Shown: positions 19,222 through 29,177 of the stretch, one piece after another
Layout: the number at the start of each line of letters is the position of its first letter
How positions within the stretch are numbered: the stretch's first letter is position 1
Source of the DNA: Cuspidothrix sp.
GTDB taxonomy: Bacteria > Cyanobacteriota > Cyanobacteriia > Cyanobacteriales > Nostocaceae
Direction of reading: 5' to 3'
Length of the DNA: 31,476 nt
Assembly (NCBI GenBank): GCA_046080125.1
Contig: JBJTTJ010000037.1
Span: 1 to 31,476 of the forward strand
Program-made: the position numbers and the translations under genes
The notes under the pieces: model-generated
What the model was told of the DNA's origin: nothing
The model's input: the letters and a program-made list of their open reading frames with translations, nothing else
The model's database searches: none

Positions 19222-19728
19222 ATGAACAAGAATTTCTTAAAGCTTTTGAGTTTAATATTAATTGTGATTGGAGTAGGATTTTTACTAATTATCAATTCTG
19301 AATCAGTTTTAGCTCAGGCTAATACGATTAATTACAATAATGCCAGTTTAGAAAACCGAGATTTTTCCCATACTAAGTTAGTTGGTGCGACTTTTGTATC
19401 AGCAGAAATGCGAGGTACAAATTTTCAAGGTACAAATTTAACTAATGCAATTTTGACTAAAGGTGTGTTATTAAAAGCCAATTTGGAATCTGCTAATTTA
19501 AGGGATGCTTTAGTTGATCGTGTCACATTGGATGGTGCTAATCTCAGAAATGCAATTTTTACGGGAGCGACTTTAACCCGCAGTCGCTTTTATGATGCTG
19601 ATATCACTGGTGCTGATTTTACAGACGCAATTATTGATCGTTATCAAGTATCGCTACTATGTAAAAGAGCGGATGGTGTTAATCCAGTAACAGGTATTTC
19701 TACCCGGGATAGTTTAGGTTGTAGATAG
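19222..19728 (+). CDS. Pentapeptide-repeat protein with signal peptide (paralog of 4513-5010)
   Basis: Signal peptide …SVLAQA, pentapeptide repeats, and the same C-terminal arrangement …LCKRADG…SLGCR. Confidence 0.8.
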   Translation: MNKNFLKLLSLILIVIGVGFLLIINSESVLAQANTINYNNASLENRDFSHTKLVGATFVSAEMRGTNFQGTNLTNAILTKGVLLKANLESANLRDALVDRVTLDGANLRNAIFTGATLTRSRFYDADITGADFTDAIIDRYQVSLLCKRADGVNPVTGISTRDSLGCR

Positions 19729-19796
19729 GAAAGTTAGGGTGATTTACCTCACCCAAAGTTTCAACTTTTTTAAATTCTGAACATTTTGATTTAAGA

Positions 19797-19838
19797 TTAT
19801 GTAATAACGTTGGGTTTCGCTGTTACTCTACTCAACTT
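19797..19838. repeat. Degenerate copy (R3) of the GTTGGGTTTC…CTAC(C/T)CAAC hairpin repeat
   Basis: taataacGTTGGGTTTCGCTGTTACTCTACTCAAC shares the TAAT-GTTGGGTTTC head and the inverted ACCCAAC-like tail with R1/R2. Confidence 0.45.
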
Positions 19839-20075
19839 ATTAAGTTTATCAATATTTATAAGCACAATTAATATTTGCTTTGACTTGTTTAGTTTATGCA
19901 CACAAGATAGTTCTTCCTCATCAATTTCATGATAACAGACCTTTGAGGAAGTGTCAAGGGGTAAAAAAACTTTTCGCGCTCATTTTAAGCGGTTTTAAAC
20001 ATAAATAGTCAAGTTCAACATCTTGGATATCCTGATTCAGAAAAATAATAGACTACAATAAAAGTATTCTGATGA

Positions 20076-20114
20076 TATTAATGTTAGGTTTCGCTGTGGC
20101 TCTACCCAACCTAC
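20076..20114. repeat. Copy (R4) of the hairpin repeat
   Basis: tattaatGTTAGGTTTCGCTGTGGCTCTACCCAACCTAC. The tail CTACCCAACCTAC is identical to R1 (223-235). Confidence 0.5.
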
Positions 20115-20129
20115 AAATCTACAGATCTG

Positions 20130-22754
20130 CTATAAATCTGCTAATTGCAATAAATCTAGGCCTTGGGTAAAAATTTCATCAATAGGTAACATTTTCCCCT
20201 CTTGAGTCATGAATTTATGGTCTTTGGTAGCGCGAATAATTGCCCCATTTTCCAACAAGTATTCATAGACTTTTTGCTGTCCCCGATGATGCCATTGGGC
20301 GATAGGCTGAGTATAAAGTATACCATTACTATCAACTGTATACACCCGACATTGAATTTGTTTTTCGACAATTTCCCCAATTTCTAAAAATCCATATTCA
20401 ACGGTTAAAATCTGCGTTTCGTAACTTAAACAGTATTCGGCAAACTTTAACATATCCCCAAATAAATGTTCAGCGACTTGGGTTTTTACACCATTTTTTG
20501 TTGAACCATCAATAAATTTTTCCTTTTGTTTCTCCATTTCGGATACTTTCTTTTTACCCATAGCACGACGGAGTAAATCAGCTTGTCCTAAGCTATAACC
20601 AGCCATATCTTGGGCAATTTTCATAATTTGCTCCTGATATACCATGATACCATAGGTTTCATTTAAGATAGGTTGTAAAATTTGACTATCATATTCAATT
20701 TCTTCGCGTCCATGTTTACGATTAATAAATTTAGGAATTAATCCTGCATCCAGTGGACCGGGGCGATAAAGTGCAAGAATAGAGGAAATATCTTCAATAT
20801 TGGAAGGTTTTAAATCTCGGACTATTTGTTTCATCCCAGAGGATTCTAATTGAAATATGCCTTCTAAATCACCTGCTTCTAATAGGGAATAAGCTTTAGC
20901 GACATCTTGAGGTAAGCTGGTATGTTCACCTTTAGCTAATATTTTTTGTGCTTTTCTTTCCTGTCGTGTAATTTCATCAGGATCAATTCGATGGTTTTGA
21001 CTTTGTTGAATTAAATCAATAGTTTTTTGAATAAGGGTTAAATTCCGCAAACCCAAAAAGTCCATTTTTAATAATCCCAATGATTCTAAATCTTCCATAA
21101 AATATTGGGTAATTACAGAGCCATCATTATTACGTTGTAGGGGAACAAGTTCATCTAATGGTTCTGCGGAAATAACGACACCAGCAGCATGAACACCAAA
21201 GGTTTTGTTAGTACCTTCAATTCGCATAGCCATATCAATCCAGTGACGAACAGTGGGGTCATGATCATATTTGGCTTTAAATTCTGGTTCAGGGGTTTCA
21301 TCAGAAATCATCACTTTTAATTTTGTTGGTTTACCCCGAACGACAGGAATCATTTTCGCCATTTTGTCAGATTCACCGTAGGGAATATCTAATACTCTGG
21401 CCACATCTTTTAGTACTGCTTTCGAGGTGAGACGGTTAAAAGTGATAATTTGGGCAACTCGATCAACACCGTATTTTTGAGTAACATAATCAATAACTTG
21501 ATCGCGTTTATCAATGCAGAAATCCGTATCAATATCCGGCATTGATTTACGTTCAGGATTGAGAAATCTTTCAAAGAGTAAGCCATGATGTACGGGGTCA
21601 ATATTCGTAATTTTCATGGCATAGGCGACTAAAGAACCAGCCGCAGAACCTCTTCCTGGTCCGACTGGAATATTATGATCTCGCGCAAATTTGATGTAGT
21701 CCCACACCACTAAAAAGTAAGTAGAAAATCCCATCTGTTGAATCATTTTCAATTCATATTCTAATCTTTCTTTGTAGACTGGATCTACTTCGTTGCGAGA
21801 TTTGCGATTTAATCTTTCTAAAAGTCCTTGCCATGCCACTTCTTCTGCATAGTTATCTGCTGTATGTCCTGAAGGGATTGTGGGTGTAGGAATTTGGGGA
21901 TCACCCATGATGTGATAGGGTTCAACTTTATCGGCAATTTCTGCGGTTGTGGCTATGGCTTCAGCAATAATATCATCGGGTAAATGATCACGAAATAGTT
22001 GCTGCATTTCTTCAGCAGATTTGAGATATTCTGTCCCAGAATACCGCATCCGATTATCTTCACTAATGAGTTTACCTGTTTGAATACATAGTAAGGCATC
22101 ATGGGATTCTACATCAAAACAGGAGATAAAATGGGAGTCATTGGTAGCGATAAATTTAATGCCTAATTCTTGAGCAATTTTGATTATTTCTACATTGACG
22201 ATTCTATCTTCTTGTGAACCATGATCTTGTATTTCTAAATAGAAATCTTCCCCAAATACTTCTTGATACCATTTAGCGATTTTTCTGGCTGCATCTGGTC
22301 TGTTACTAAGAATTGCTTGGGGAATTTCTCCTCCTAAACAAGCGCTGGTGATAATCAAACCTTCGCTATATTGTTTGAGTAGATCTTTGTTAATACAAGG
22401 ACGGGAAAAAATGCCTTTACCTTGTACACCTTGAAGATGGGAGATGGTGGTAATTTTAACTAAGTTTTTATAACCTTTGGTGTTTTTAGCTAGAACAACC
22501 TGATGATATTTAGGACGACGTTCTTGCTTATCAATTTCACCATTAATAATATACATTTCATTGCCAATAATTGGCTTAATGGTTTTACTACGGCAGATTT
22601 TAATTAGTTCAACTGCACCATACATGACACCATGATCTGTTAATGCGATCGCTTTCATTCCTAGGGCGATCGCCTGATCTACTAACTCTGGTAGTTGACT
22701 AGCGCCATCCAGCAAACTGTAATCACTATGAATATGTAACGGTACAAAAGACAT
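20130..22754 (-). CDS. dnaE: DNA polymerase III alpha subunit, N-terminal part of the naturally split dnaE (dnaE-n), ending in the N-terminal half of the split DnaE intein
   Basis: PHP domain N-terminus [17 protein letters not shown] and polymerase core. The ORF ends …KFAEY|[15 protein letters not shown]…[17 protein letters not shown]…, which matches the cyanobacterial split-intein IntN (Npu/Ssp DnaE type). Confidence 0.9.
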   Translation of the reverse strand: MSFVPLHIHSDYSLLDGASQLPELVDQAIALGMKAIALTDHGVMYGAVELIKICRSKTIKPIIGNEMYIINGEIDKQERRPKYHQVVLAKNTKGYKNLVKITTISHLQGVQGKGIFSRPCINKDLLKQYSEGLIITSACLGGEIPQAILSNRPDAARKIAKWYQEVFGEDFYLEIQDHGSQEDRIVNVEIIKIAQELGIKFIATNDSHFISCFDVESHDALLCIQTGKLISEDNRMRYSGTEYLKSAEEMQQLFRDHLPDDIIAEAIATTAEIADKVEPYHIMGDPQIPTPTIPSGHTADNYAEEVAWQGLLERLNRKSRNEVDPVYKERLEYELKMIQQMGFSTYFLVVWDYIKFARDHNIPVGPGRGSAAGSLVAYAMKITNIDPVHHGLLFERFLNPERKSMPDIDTDFCIDKRDQVIDYVTQKYGVDRVAQIITFNRLTSKAVLKDVARVLDIPYGESDKMAKMIPVVRGKPTKLKVMISDETPEPEFKAKYDHDPTVRHWIDMAMRIEGTNKTFGVHAAGVVISAEPLDELVPLQRNNDGSVITQYFMEDLESLGLLKMDFLGLRNLTLIQKTIDLIQQSQNHRIDPDEITRQERKAQKILAKGEHTSLPQDVAKAYSLLEAGDLEGIFQLESSGMKQIVRDLKPSNIEDISSILALYRPGPLDAGLIPKFINRKHGREEIEYDSQILQPILNETYGIMVYQEQIMKIAQDMAGYSLGQADLLRRAMGKKKVSEMEKQKEKFIDGSTKNGVKTQVAEHLFGDMLKFAEYCLSYETQILTVEYGFLEIGEIVEKQIQCRVYTVDSNGILYTQPIAQWHHRGQQKVYEYLLENGAIIRATKDHKFMTQEGKMLPIDEIFTQGLDLLQLADL
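20133..20432 (-). other. Split-intein N-fragment (IntN, ~100 aa) at the C-terminus of dnaE-n
   Basis: Begins with Cys1 (codon 20430-20432) in CLSYET and contains the conserved TxxH block (…RATKDHKF…). It is followed directly by a stop codon with no C-extein. Confidence 0.85.
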
Positions 22755-23044
22755 AGGAGACTTGAATAAAGTAACAGAATCTTCAATATATCAGTTTTCA
22801 CCGCAGCACTTTCATCACCGGGAATAAGTCTTAACATAATAGTTCTAACATCATTTTAGCATCCGCTTGACATTTTCATAGTATTATTGTACTATATAAA
22901 TAGTTAGAAGAATCAAGAGATAAACTAATTTGCCAATTTAGAGGGACTGGAACTGATAACAGAAATCGGGGATCTTATCGCTGCTTTAAATCCTTACATA
23001 GATATTCAATTACAAACATGAATTGCAGATAGAAGGGGTTTATC

Positions 23045-24409
23045 ATGTCAGAAATAAATCACAAAATTTCCTTGTTAGAATTGATTAAAATTTTAACTCA
23101 ACATCGTGATCATATCATTTTAAATTTGCAGAAATTAAAAGCAGATTACCACAGAACTGGTATTAAAAGAGTCCGAGGTGTGAGAGACACCAATGGTAAT
23201 TTGAGTAATCCTTGGTTAAAAACAGAAAATATTTATCCTAGTGATTTTGTGCAAATGGGTGTATTTACGATAAATCGGAATACCGCAACTATTAATATGT
23301 TGATTAAACGGAAAGTAAAGCTAGTCAAATCTGAAGATCAGACACCGATGATCGAAATAGCTGGGTTACTAACAAACGATTTAGATAACTTCAATAATTA
23401 TACCATTGTCAAAGATGCAAAACTTAATATTTCTAGGTTAAATATCAAAACGAGCAACAAAAAAGTCTTTGATTTATTGCATTCTCAAGGAGTAATCATA
23501 GCTGATAAATTTGATTTTCGAGTAGAGTACACAATTGAGTTAGAGAATTTGCCCTTAGTTCCTGCCAATATCAACTTTGCTAATCTAGACGGTTTATTTA
23601 ATCAATTAGCAGAAATCAAGGTTATTGCCAGTATTTTAGCTGCTTGTTTACGCCATCAATCCGATGTATTTATGAATCCGCAAATTGAGGAATTAAAACA
23701 GCATTATTTGTCAAAAAACCTCTATCTAAATTTTCCCACAACTCCAGAATATACAGATAGGATTGATACCCATATCAGTTATAAAATTGAATTTGGTAGT
23801 CATGATATTCTGAATTTAGGTAAATTATACTCTGCCAACCAATTTTTAGCCAGGAGATATGAAGTTTACGATCAAGAAACCGGGGAAATTTTCAGCAAAC
23901 CAACTTGGGACATAGTATTTAACCCCAATATTGCTGTCAGACAAAAAGCAATTTCCAAAAGAATGAAATTAACCCCAGTTGATGATTTAATGAAACCGAT
24001 TTTTGACGATTTTCTTGGCATTAAGATTAATGGCAAAGTTGGTGCAATGCTTAACCAAGTTGGTGGACATAGTTTACCGTTATTATTATATTCTCAACAG
24101 GCAGGTAAATCTGTAAATAAAGACGATTTAATCACAGCAATGACCACAGCTTACCAAAAATTAGCTGCTGATATGCAGGAAATTTATCAAACTAATATTT
24201 CTCCTATGGTATTTTACATTGGGACAACAGGACTTTTACCGAATAAAATAGCAGCGAAGGGGATAAATGCTGATGAGTTAGCAATTAAGTATCCTCGTTT
24301 GCAATTTTCAAGACATGAACAAGCAGGAACATTTTTTGAAGTTGGTAATACCATTATTAGCGTCTATCCTCAAGCTGAGTATTACAGCGAAAAGTTGCTA
24401 AGTAAATAA
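23045..24409 (+). CDS. Hypothetical protein, 454 aa, soluble, no family recognised
   Basis: Long uninterrupted ORF with AAGGGG 5 nt upstream of the ATG. No TM segments or recognisable catalytic motifs. Divergent from dnaE-n. Confidence 0.6.
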   Translation: MSEINHKISLLELIKILTQHRDHIILNLQKLKADYHRTGIKRVRGVRDTNGNLSNPWLKTENIYPSDFVQMGVFTINRNTATINMLIKRKVKLVKSEDQTPMIEIAGLLTNDLDNFNNYTIVKDAKLNISRLNIKTSNKKVFDLLHSQGVIIADKFDFRVEYTIELENLPLVPANINFANLDGLFNQLAEIKVIASILAACLRHQSDVFMNPQIEELKQHYLSKNLYLNFPTTPEYTDRIDTHISYKIEFGSHDILNLGKLYSANQFLARRYEVYDQETGEIFSKPTWDIVFNPNIAVRQKAISKRMKLTPVDDLMKPIFDDFLGIKINGKVGAMLNQVGGHSLPLLLYSQQAGKSVNKDDLITAMTTAYQKLAADMQEIYQTNISPMVFYIGTTGLLPNKIAAKGINADELAIKYPRLQFSRHEQAGTFFEVGNTIISVYPQAEYYSEKLLSK

Positions 24410-24470
24410 ACGAATAGACAGCGCACCCCGACAAGACTATACAAAGGCAGAGTAAGAAAAAAAGAGTTAT

Positions 24471-24534
24471 TTGCATCTTATTGAGGATTGCTATAGTATG
24501 ATCAATATTGTGAAATTTTCATTCAAATCCTCAA
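24471..24534 (+). promoter_or_regulatory. Candidate promoter (TTGCAT, 15 nt, TATAGT) overlapping a 9-bp inverted repeat TTGAGGATT (24481-24489) / AATCCTCAA (24526-24534) that ends 3 nt before the DUF2805 start
   Basis: Perfect 9-bp inverted repeat separated by 36 bp. It could be an operator or a 5'-UTR hairpin for the DUF2805–photolyase-like operon. Confidence 0.3.
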
Positions 24535-24537
24535 AGT

Positions 24538-24792
24538 ATGAAACTACCTGACTTAGATAGGGAAACCATAGATAGGATCATCGAAATGGCTTGGGAAGAT
24601 AGAACACCATTTGATGTCATAGAAAAACAATTTGGACTTTTAGAAAAACAAGTAATTGCCCTCATGAGAAGGGAAATGAAATTATCTAGTTTTCAAATGT
24701 GGAGAGAAAGAGTTACTAAACGCAAAACTAAACATTTAGAAAAAAGAGAATTTATTGCCGGGAGATTTAAGTCCCAAAATCAAAAAACATAA
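24538..24792 (+). CDS. DUF2805 (TIGR03643-type) small protein, typically encoded next to cryptochrome/photolyase-family genes
   Basis: 84 aa with motif …IIEMAWEDRTPFDVIEKQFGL… 25 bp upstream of the photolyase-related gene. Confidence 0.75.
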   Translation: MKLPDLDRETIDRIIEMAWEDRTPFDVIEKQFGLLEKQVIALMRREMKLSSFQMWRERVTKRKTKHLEKREFIAGRFKSQNQKT

Positions 24793-24817
24793 ATTCACCG
24801 AAAATATAAAATTACCT

Positions 24818-26320
24818 ATGATTGGAATTTGGATATTAGGGGATCAACTTTCTTTACAACAATCAGCCTTAAAAAGTTGTCATCATCAGACAAATACACC
24901 TGTAATTTTCATTGAATCATTAAATCATATTAAAATTAGACCATATCATCGCCAAAAATTAGTGTTAATTTGGTCAGCAATGCGCCATTTTGCTGAAGAA
25001 TTAGCACAATTACAATATGTAGTTACATACAAAATAGCCACAGATTTTCAAACAGCGCTAAAAGAATGGATTAAAATTAATCAAATTACCGAATTGCGGG
25101 TAATGATACCAAATGATAAACCATTTACCCAAATAATTCAAAATTTACAATTACCTTGTGCAATTACCTTAATTCCTAATAATCAATTTTTATGGAGTAC
25201 CACAGAATTTACTAATTGGGCTAAAAGTCGTAAACGTCTGTTAATGGAGGATTTTTATCGAGAAGGAAGACGACGTTTTCAAATTTTAATGGAAGATAAA
25301 CAACCAATTGGAGGAAAGTGGAATTTAGATAAAGAAAATCGTCAACCACCTAAAGGAAAATTACATCCACCTCCAGCTAATTGGTTTACACCAGATGCAA
25401 TTACTATTGATGTGATAGAGAAAGTTAACTCACTTTCTCATTTAACTTATGGAGAAATAGAACCTTTTTATTGGGGAGTAAATCGTCAACAAGCGCTTCA
25501 GGTATTAAAGTCATTTATTCAGCATCGTTTACCAGATTTTGGTACTTATCAAGATGCAATGATTACTGGAGAACAAACGATGTGGCACGCATTAATTTCT
25601 CCTTATTTGAATATTGGTTTACTCCAACCTTTGGAAGTAATTCAAGCTGCTGAAATTGCATATAAACAACAGCAATTACCTTTAAATAGTGTAGAAGGTT
25701 TTATTCGTCAAGTATTAGGTTGGAGAGAATATATGTATGGTATTTATCATTTTGTAGATACAGAATATGCAGAAAAAAATTGGTTTGCACATACGCAACC
25801 ATTACCGGAATTTTTCTGGAATGGTGAAACCAAAATGAATTGTTTGCACCAGATTATGATACAGATAAAAAGTATAGGTTATGCCCATCATATCCAACGA
25901 TTAATGGTATTGAGTAACTTTGCTTTAATTGCGGGAATTTCTCCCCAAGCTGTGGAAAATTGGTTTCATGCGGTATTTATTGATGGTTATGATTGGGTGA
26001 TGCAAACTAATGTTATTGGTATGGGTTTATTTGCAGATGGAGGCATATTGGCATCTAAACCTTATGCTGCTTCTGCTAACTATATTAATAAGATGAGTGA
26101 TTATTGTAAAGGTTGTGTTTACAGTCACAAGGGAAGGATAGGTGAAAATGCCTGTCCGTTCAACTTCTTTTATTGGGATTTTTTAGCTAGACATAAGGAA
26201 AAGTTACAAACTCAAGGACGAATGAGTTTAATGTTAAAACATCTGGACAAAATCTCTTCAGAGGAATTGCAGTCTATTCATGAACAAGCTGAAAAATGGT
26301 GGAATTTGCATCAGAATTAA
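24818..26320 (+). CDS. Cryptochrome/photolyase-family protein of the FeS-BCP / photolyase-related (PhrB/CryB-like) type. Start at ATG 24818 (MIGIWILGDQLS…)
   Basis: N-terminus LGDQL is typical of the photolyase-related (DPRP) family. A C-terminal C-x2-C-x12-C (DYCKGCVYSHKGRIGENACP) plus an upstream Cys (NCLHQ) are consistent with the 4Fe-4S ligands of FeS-BCPs. Length is ~500 aa. Confidence 0.75.
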   Translation: MIGIWILGDQLSLQQSALKSCHHQTNTPVIFIESLNHIKIRPYHRQKLVLIWSAMRHFAEELAQLQYVVTYKIATDFQTALKEWIKINQITELRVMIPNDKPFTQIIQNLQLPCAITLIPNNQFLWSTTEFTNWAKSRKRLLMEDFYREGRRRFQILMEDKQPIGGKWNLDKENRQPPKGKLHPPPANWFTPDAITIDVIEKVNSLSHLTYGEIEPFYWGVNRQQALQVLKSFIQHRLPDFGTYQDAMITGEQTMWHALISPYLNIGLLQPLEVIQAAEIAYKQQQLPLNSVEGFIRQVLGWREYMYGIYHFVDTEYAEKNWFAHTQPLPEFFWNGETKMNCLHQIMIQIKSIGYAHHIQRLMVLSNFALIAGISPQAVENWFHAVFIDGYDWVMQTNVIGMGLFADGGILASKPYAASANYINKMSDYCKGCVYSHKGRIGENACPFNFFYWDFLARHKEKLQTQGRMSLMLKHLDKISSEELQSIHEQAEKWWNLHQN

Positions 26321-26895
26321 TGAGTTTTTTATAGTGAATTTAGACAGTGCTTGAAAAGAAGAGTAGTTTGTCGTAATATTTACTACCCTTAAAAAATATT
26401 TGATAAGTACCCAGGCAAAATTAATTGCACATAGTTATTGAAGAAAAAATCTCTGTAAACCTTACCTGTTAGCTATTCCCTCTCCTAACTATGAGATTTA
26501 TTTTTGACCTTTAAAACATCCTCTTAGATAAATTAGTATTTTTACTTTTGATATAGTGCTAAAGGATAAGAGTTGGGTTTTGACAAGATCAGTGCAATCA
26601 TATACACGTATAGGTTTAGCAGTGCTAAATCCCCACTGAGTCATTTATATTTATTTAGAGATAGTTCTTCCTTGTCAGATTTATTATATCAAAAGCAAAA
26701 TCCTTTGTCAACCCCCAATACTCTCTTTTTGGGCTTTTTTTGTAAAAGTAATTTATTTTGCCATTCTAGGATTTTCACAAAATCGGGGATCTCCTCTTAA
26801 TAATGAATTTAAGGCAAAGAAGGGGTCATTCAATGCTAACCTAAAAAATGATATTGCTTGATCACAGGTCTGTAAAGACCAACTCTCAAAAATAG

Positions 26896-28365
<1,470 letters not shown>

Positions 28366-28459
28366 TCATTGGTCATTGGTCAGTAGTCAGTGGTTTTTTG
28401 CAACTGACAACTGACAAGCAATAACTGACAACTGACAACTCACAAAGGACAACTGACAA
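28366..28459. repeat. STRR heptamer repeats forming an inverted-repeat stem-loop in the atpD–atpC spacer (TTGGTCA ×3 … AACTGAC ×5)
   Basis: tcattggtcattggtcagtagtcagtgg-ttttttg-caactgacaactgacaa…actgacaactgacaact…. Confidence 0.65.
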
Positions 28460-28873
28460 ATGACATTAACCGTTCGTGTAATTTCCCCAGATAAAACCGT
28501 TTGGGATGCCCAAGCTGACGAAGTGATTCTCCCCAGTGCCACTGGTCAGTTAGGTGTTCTCAGTGGACACGCTCCCATGTTGACAGCATTAGCTATAGGT
28601 GTAATGCGTGTTCGTGCGAGTAAAAATGCTAGTTGGCAAGCGATCGCTCTTTCAGGCGGTTTTGCAGAAGTTGATCAAGATGAGGTAACAATTCTCGTCA
28701 ATAGTGCTGAACGTGGCGACAAAATTAACCTAGAAGAAGCCCGCACTGCTTTTAACGCCGCACAGTCTGGCTTAAATCAAGTTGACGCGAATGACCGGAA
28801 AGCACAATTACAAGCAGAACAGGCATTTAAACGTGCCCGCGCTCGTTTTCAAGCTGCCGGCGGTTTGGTGTAA
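28460..28873 (+). CDS. atpC: F0F1 ATP synthase subunit epsilon
   Basis: 137 aa. Beta-sandwich N-domain (…[34 protein letters not shown]…) plus a helical C-terminus. Directly downstream of the beta subunit, as in the cyanobacterial atpBE operon. Confidence 0.9.
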   Translation: MTLTVRVISPDKTVWDAQADEVILPSATGQLGVLSGHAPMLTALAIGVMRVRASKNASWQAIALSGGFAEVDQDEVTILVNSAERGDKINLEEARTAFNAAQSGLNQVDANDRKAQLQAEQAFKRARARFQAAGGLV

Positions 28874-28896
28874 AGTTTGAATTATTTAATAATTTG

Positions 28897-28934
28897 ATTT
28901 TGCATGGTGGTTTTTCCATCATGCAAATTTTTAT
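28897..28934 (+). terminator. Intrinsic terminator of the beta–epsilon operon
   Basis: TTTTGCATGGTGG-tttt-TCCATCATGCAAA, a ~12-bp stem (one G·U), followed by TTTTTAT. It lies 24 nt after the atpC stop. Confidence 0.65.
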
Positions 28935-29177
28935 AGCGGTTCTCAGTTGAGTAAAATACAAAAACCCCAACCCCTCCCCGCAAGCGAAGCAGGGACTTAT
29001 GATGTATCTCACCCAAGTGCATAGTTCTATATATAGGACTCCTAAAAAGTAATCAATGTATTGTAATATTTTTTAATAAATCTTAATTAATCAAAAATTA
29101 CATTAAGTTTAAGAAAAATCCCTACCCGCAGATGAAATGATAAATTGGACAAATTAGTTGCCCAAAAAGGCAAATAT

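Noticed and set aside
24818-26320. Calling the photolyase-like gene a classical CPD photolyase (phrA)
   Set aside because: The N-terminus and the C-terminal cysteine cluster match the photolyase-related/FeS-BCP group rather than class I CPD photolyases, so no phr gene symbol is assigned.
26573-26800. 75-aa ORF in the long atpD upstream region. Similar small ORFs at 15812-16000, 19080-19295 and 28827-29287
   Set aside because: Low-complexity, S/L/F-rich translations in promoter or repeat regions. They lack ribosome-binding sites and overlap STRR or promoter-like sequence, so they are likely non-coding.
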